Shown one piece after another: positions 62,250 through 64,000 of a stretch of 64,000 bases of DNA; positions within the stretch are counted from its first letter, which is position 1, and each line of letters begins with the position of its first letter. The notes beneath the pieces were generated by a model, which did no database searches, was not told where the DNA came from, and saw nothing but the letters and a program-made list of their open reading frames with translations. Source of the stretch: Moniliella sp. 'wahieum' (Eukaryota); contig RSEE01000018.1 of the NCBI GenBank assembly GCA_003971905.1, positions 62,001-126,000 of the forward strand. The letters run 5' to 3'. A program made the translations under genes and the position numbers.

Positions 62250-63629
62250 TTACGTTGTGAACCTTGGCAGGGGGGGGGATGATCGATGAAGTAGATCGGA
62301 GGCGAGAGGAATCAAGGGGTTGAATGGATGGGGAGGTATTCGACGGAGGCGACGCGTGTGTGCCCGGGTTACGAGTCGGCACCGAGTGCTTGGGCAATAT
62401 CCTTTTCGCTGTACGCGGGCGGGGCGTCCGTGGGCAGCGGAGCGGAGGAGGCGGGGGCAGGAGCCGAAGGAGGCCGATGGGTGAGGTCCCCAGCACCGCC
62501 GTCCTTCCCAACGGTAGTGGACTGTGCCATCCCGTGGCCAGCGCGCCGGCTGCCGTGGTCGAGGAAGAAGAAGAAGAAGAGGGGGGGGCAAGTGCAGGGG
62601 TGGGTGGTGCGTGTTGTTGTTGGGCTACTGCGTGCTGACGCTTTTCCAAGTCGTGCGCCAGCATAGCCGCTCCGACACGGTTGGAGATGCTTAAGGCAAT
62701 GCCTAGGAGCGGGATGCGTTCCAGAAACGCGCACATGAACCCGAAACTGCTCAGGGACCTCCTGCGCTCGGTGAGGAAGAGTTCGACCTGCGTCTTGGTC
62801 ATTTTTCTGTGCGAAAAAGGGCGTGAGCAGTTGCTGGGCATAGGAGGCCGATTGAAAGTACGACGAGACGGCCATGGAGAGACAAGGAATAAAGTCCAAC
62901 GGCAAGAGAATGACTGTGGAACGACCGACGACCGACGCATCGCATATACCCTGGTTAGTGATGAATCCAAAGATGCCCTGCCCAACTAATCTTGCCCAAC
63001 CCACCAAAAGGCATTATCATGGACACCGTTCCCGCTTGGGTAGGGCAAACGAGCTCAGGAGAGAAAACGTACAACGGACAAAGACGCGCTGGAACAGCTT
63101 GTTCTGCAACCGGTTCGACAATGGTTGCTTGGCAAACAAGGCCTGAGCCTCGGCCAGAGGCGGGTTGGCCCATTCTTCCACATAGGGAATCCACCACGTT
63201 GTGGCATACCCGCGCGAAGCTACCGTCGCACCGTACGCCTCGGTACGGAATTGGCGCAGCCGACGGCCCATGACCAGTTCCAGGATGGTCTGGCATTGGC
63301 CCAAGAGGAAGAGGAAGGCGGCAAAGGTGGTGAGGGAAGGCAGCGGGAGGATCTGGGCATGGTCCTCTGCTTCTTCCTCGGCATGGACAAAGAGATAATA
63401 CAGCCCGCGCATGCCCAGCACACGAGCGCTGCCGTGCATAAAGTGGTTGACGAGGAACTTTTGCACGGGCCACGTCACCAACGCCCAAATCGACGCCACC
63501 ACCGCACCCGCCGCAGCAAGGGCTGGATGGAGGTCCACATGGGCTGCCACAGCAGGTCGGATCGTGCGCCAAGCGATACGCTCCGACAAAGGGGTAGACC
63601 GCAGGGATGTGAAGGAATTCTTGGGGCAT
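62250..63629 (-). CDS. EI24-domain membrane protein (RRT8/Lds-like)
   Basis: AVYPFVGAYRL..LWQPMW, SFGFMCAFLERIPLLGIALSISNRVGAAMLAHDLEKRQH; several TM segments and a Pro-rich tail. Frameshifted; end approximate. Confidence 0.75.
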
Positions 63630-64000
63630 CCTGGGATATGCTCTTGGTGGTCTTAGCCACAGTTGGCTTGGGAGCAAAGCAAAGGGGTTAAGGAGGTGGA
63701 GGCAAGGACGCGGGAATTGAGGGCGGGTAGGAGGGTAATAAGCAACAGAAATCCGTTGCGCTGTCCACGACGAGAGTCTCTTGCGTATCATGCATTGCGT
63801 TCAAGTGTCCCGCGAGAAGAAAACTCAGAGTCATTATAGGCGTGAGACAAAGGTAATATAGGATGTGCCTGCCGGCCTGCCGTGTCTGTGCCACCGGACG
63901 AGCGTGTTCTGTTGGGTTTTTTGGTGGCAGTGCGCGCGGGCACGGCGAAGGCAGGGGTTCCGCTGGTGGGGACAGAGGGACAGCGTAGCGCACTAGTAGG

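Overview
Eukaryotic nuclear DNA, most likely a GC-rich, intron-sparse basidiomycete fungus (short GT..CTRAC..AG introns; fungal-type PalI, Hok1, Vip1, NCS1, GH128 and RRT8 families). About 19 protein-coding genes can be supported: a repeat protein cut by the left edge, PalI/Rim9, Sec61-gamma, a PHD/chromo/SNF2 (Mit1/CHD3-like) protein, SCOT, FAM72-like, epoxide hydrolase, bZIP, OXR1/TLDc, RPS3, LYRM5-like, a C2H2 factor, GH128, Hook, a large low-complexity protein, Vip1-like RRM, MBOAT/wax synthase, a conserved secreted protein, NCS1 permease and RRT8/EI24-like. There is also an intron-containing tRNA-Arg(CCG) and a decayed RLE-type non-LTR retrotransposon fragment. Almost every long gene, including essential RPS3, is broken by 1-nt indels, mostly in homopolymers. 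This points to an unpolished long-read assembly, so gene ends and frames are approximate. Main leads: (1) non-coding DNA is full of 7-bp interrupted palindromes of one grammar (xy-T-N-A-y'x') in tandem, suggesting an unexplained sequence-generating process; (2) the CHD-like protein has lost Walker B and other ATPase motifs in-frame; (3) a fungal FAM72; (4) a KR-preceded cationic tail on GH128; (5) relics of small Gly/Tyr-rich secreted peptide genes. All family calls come from motif recognition by eye; no database searches were run.
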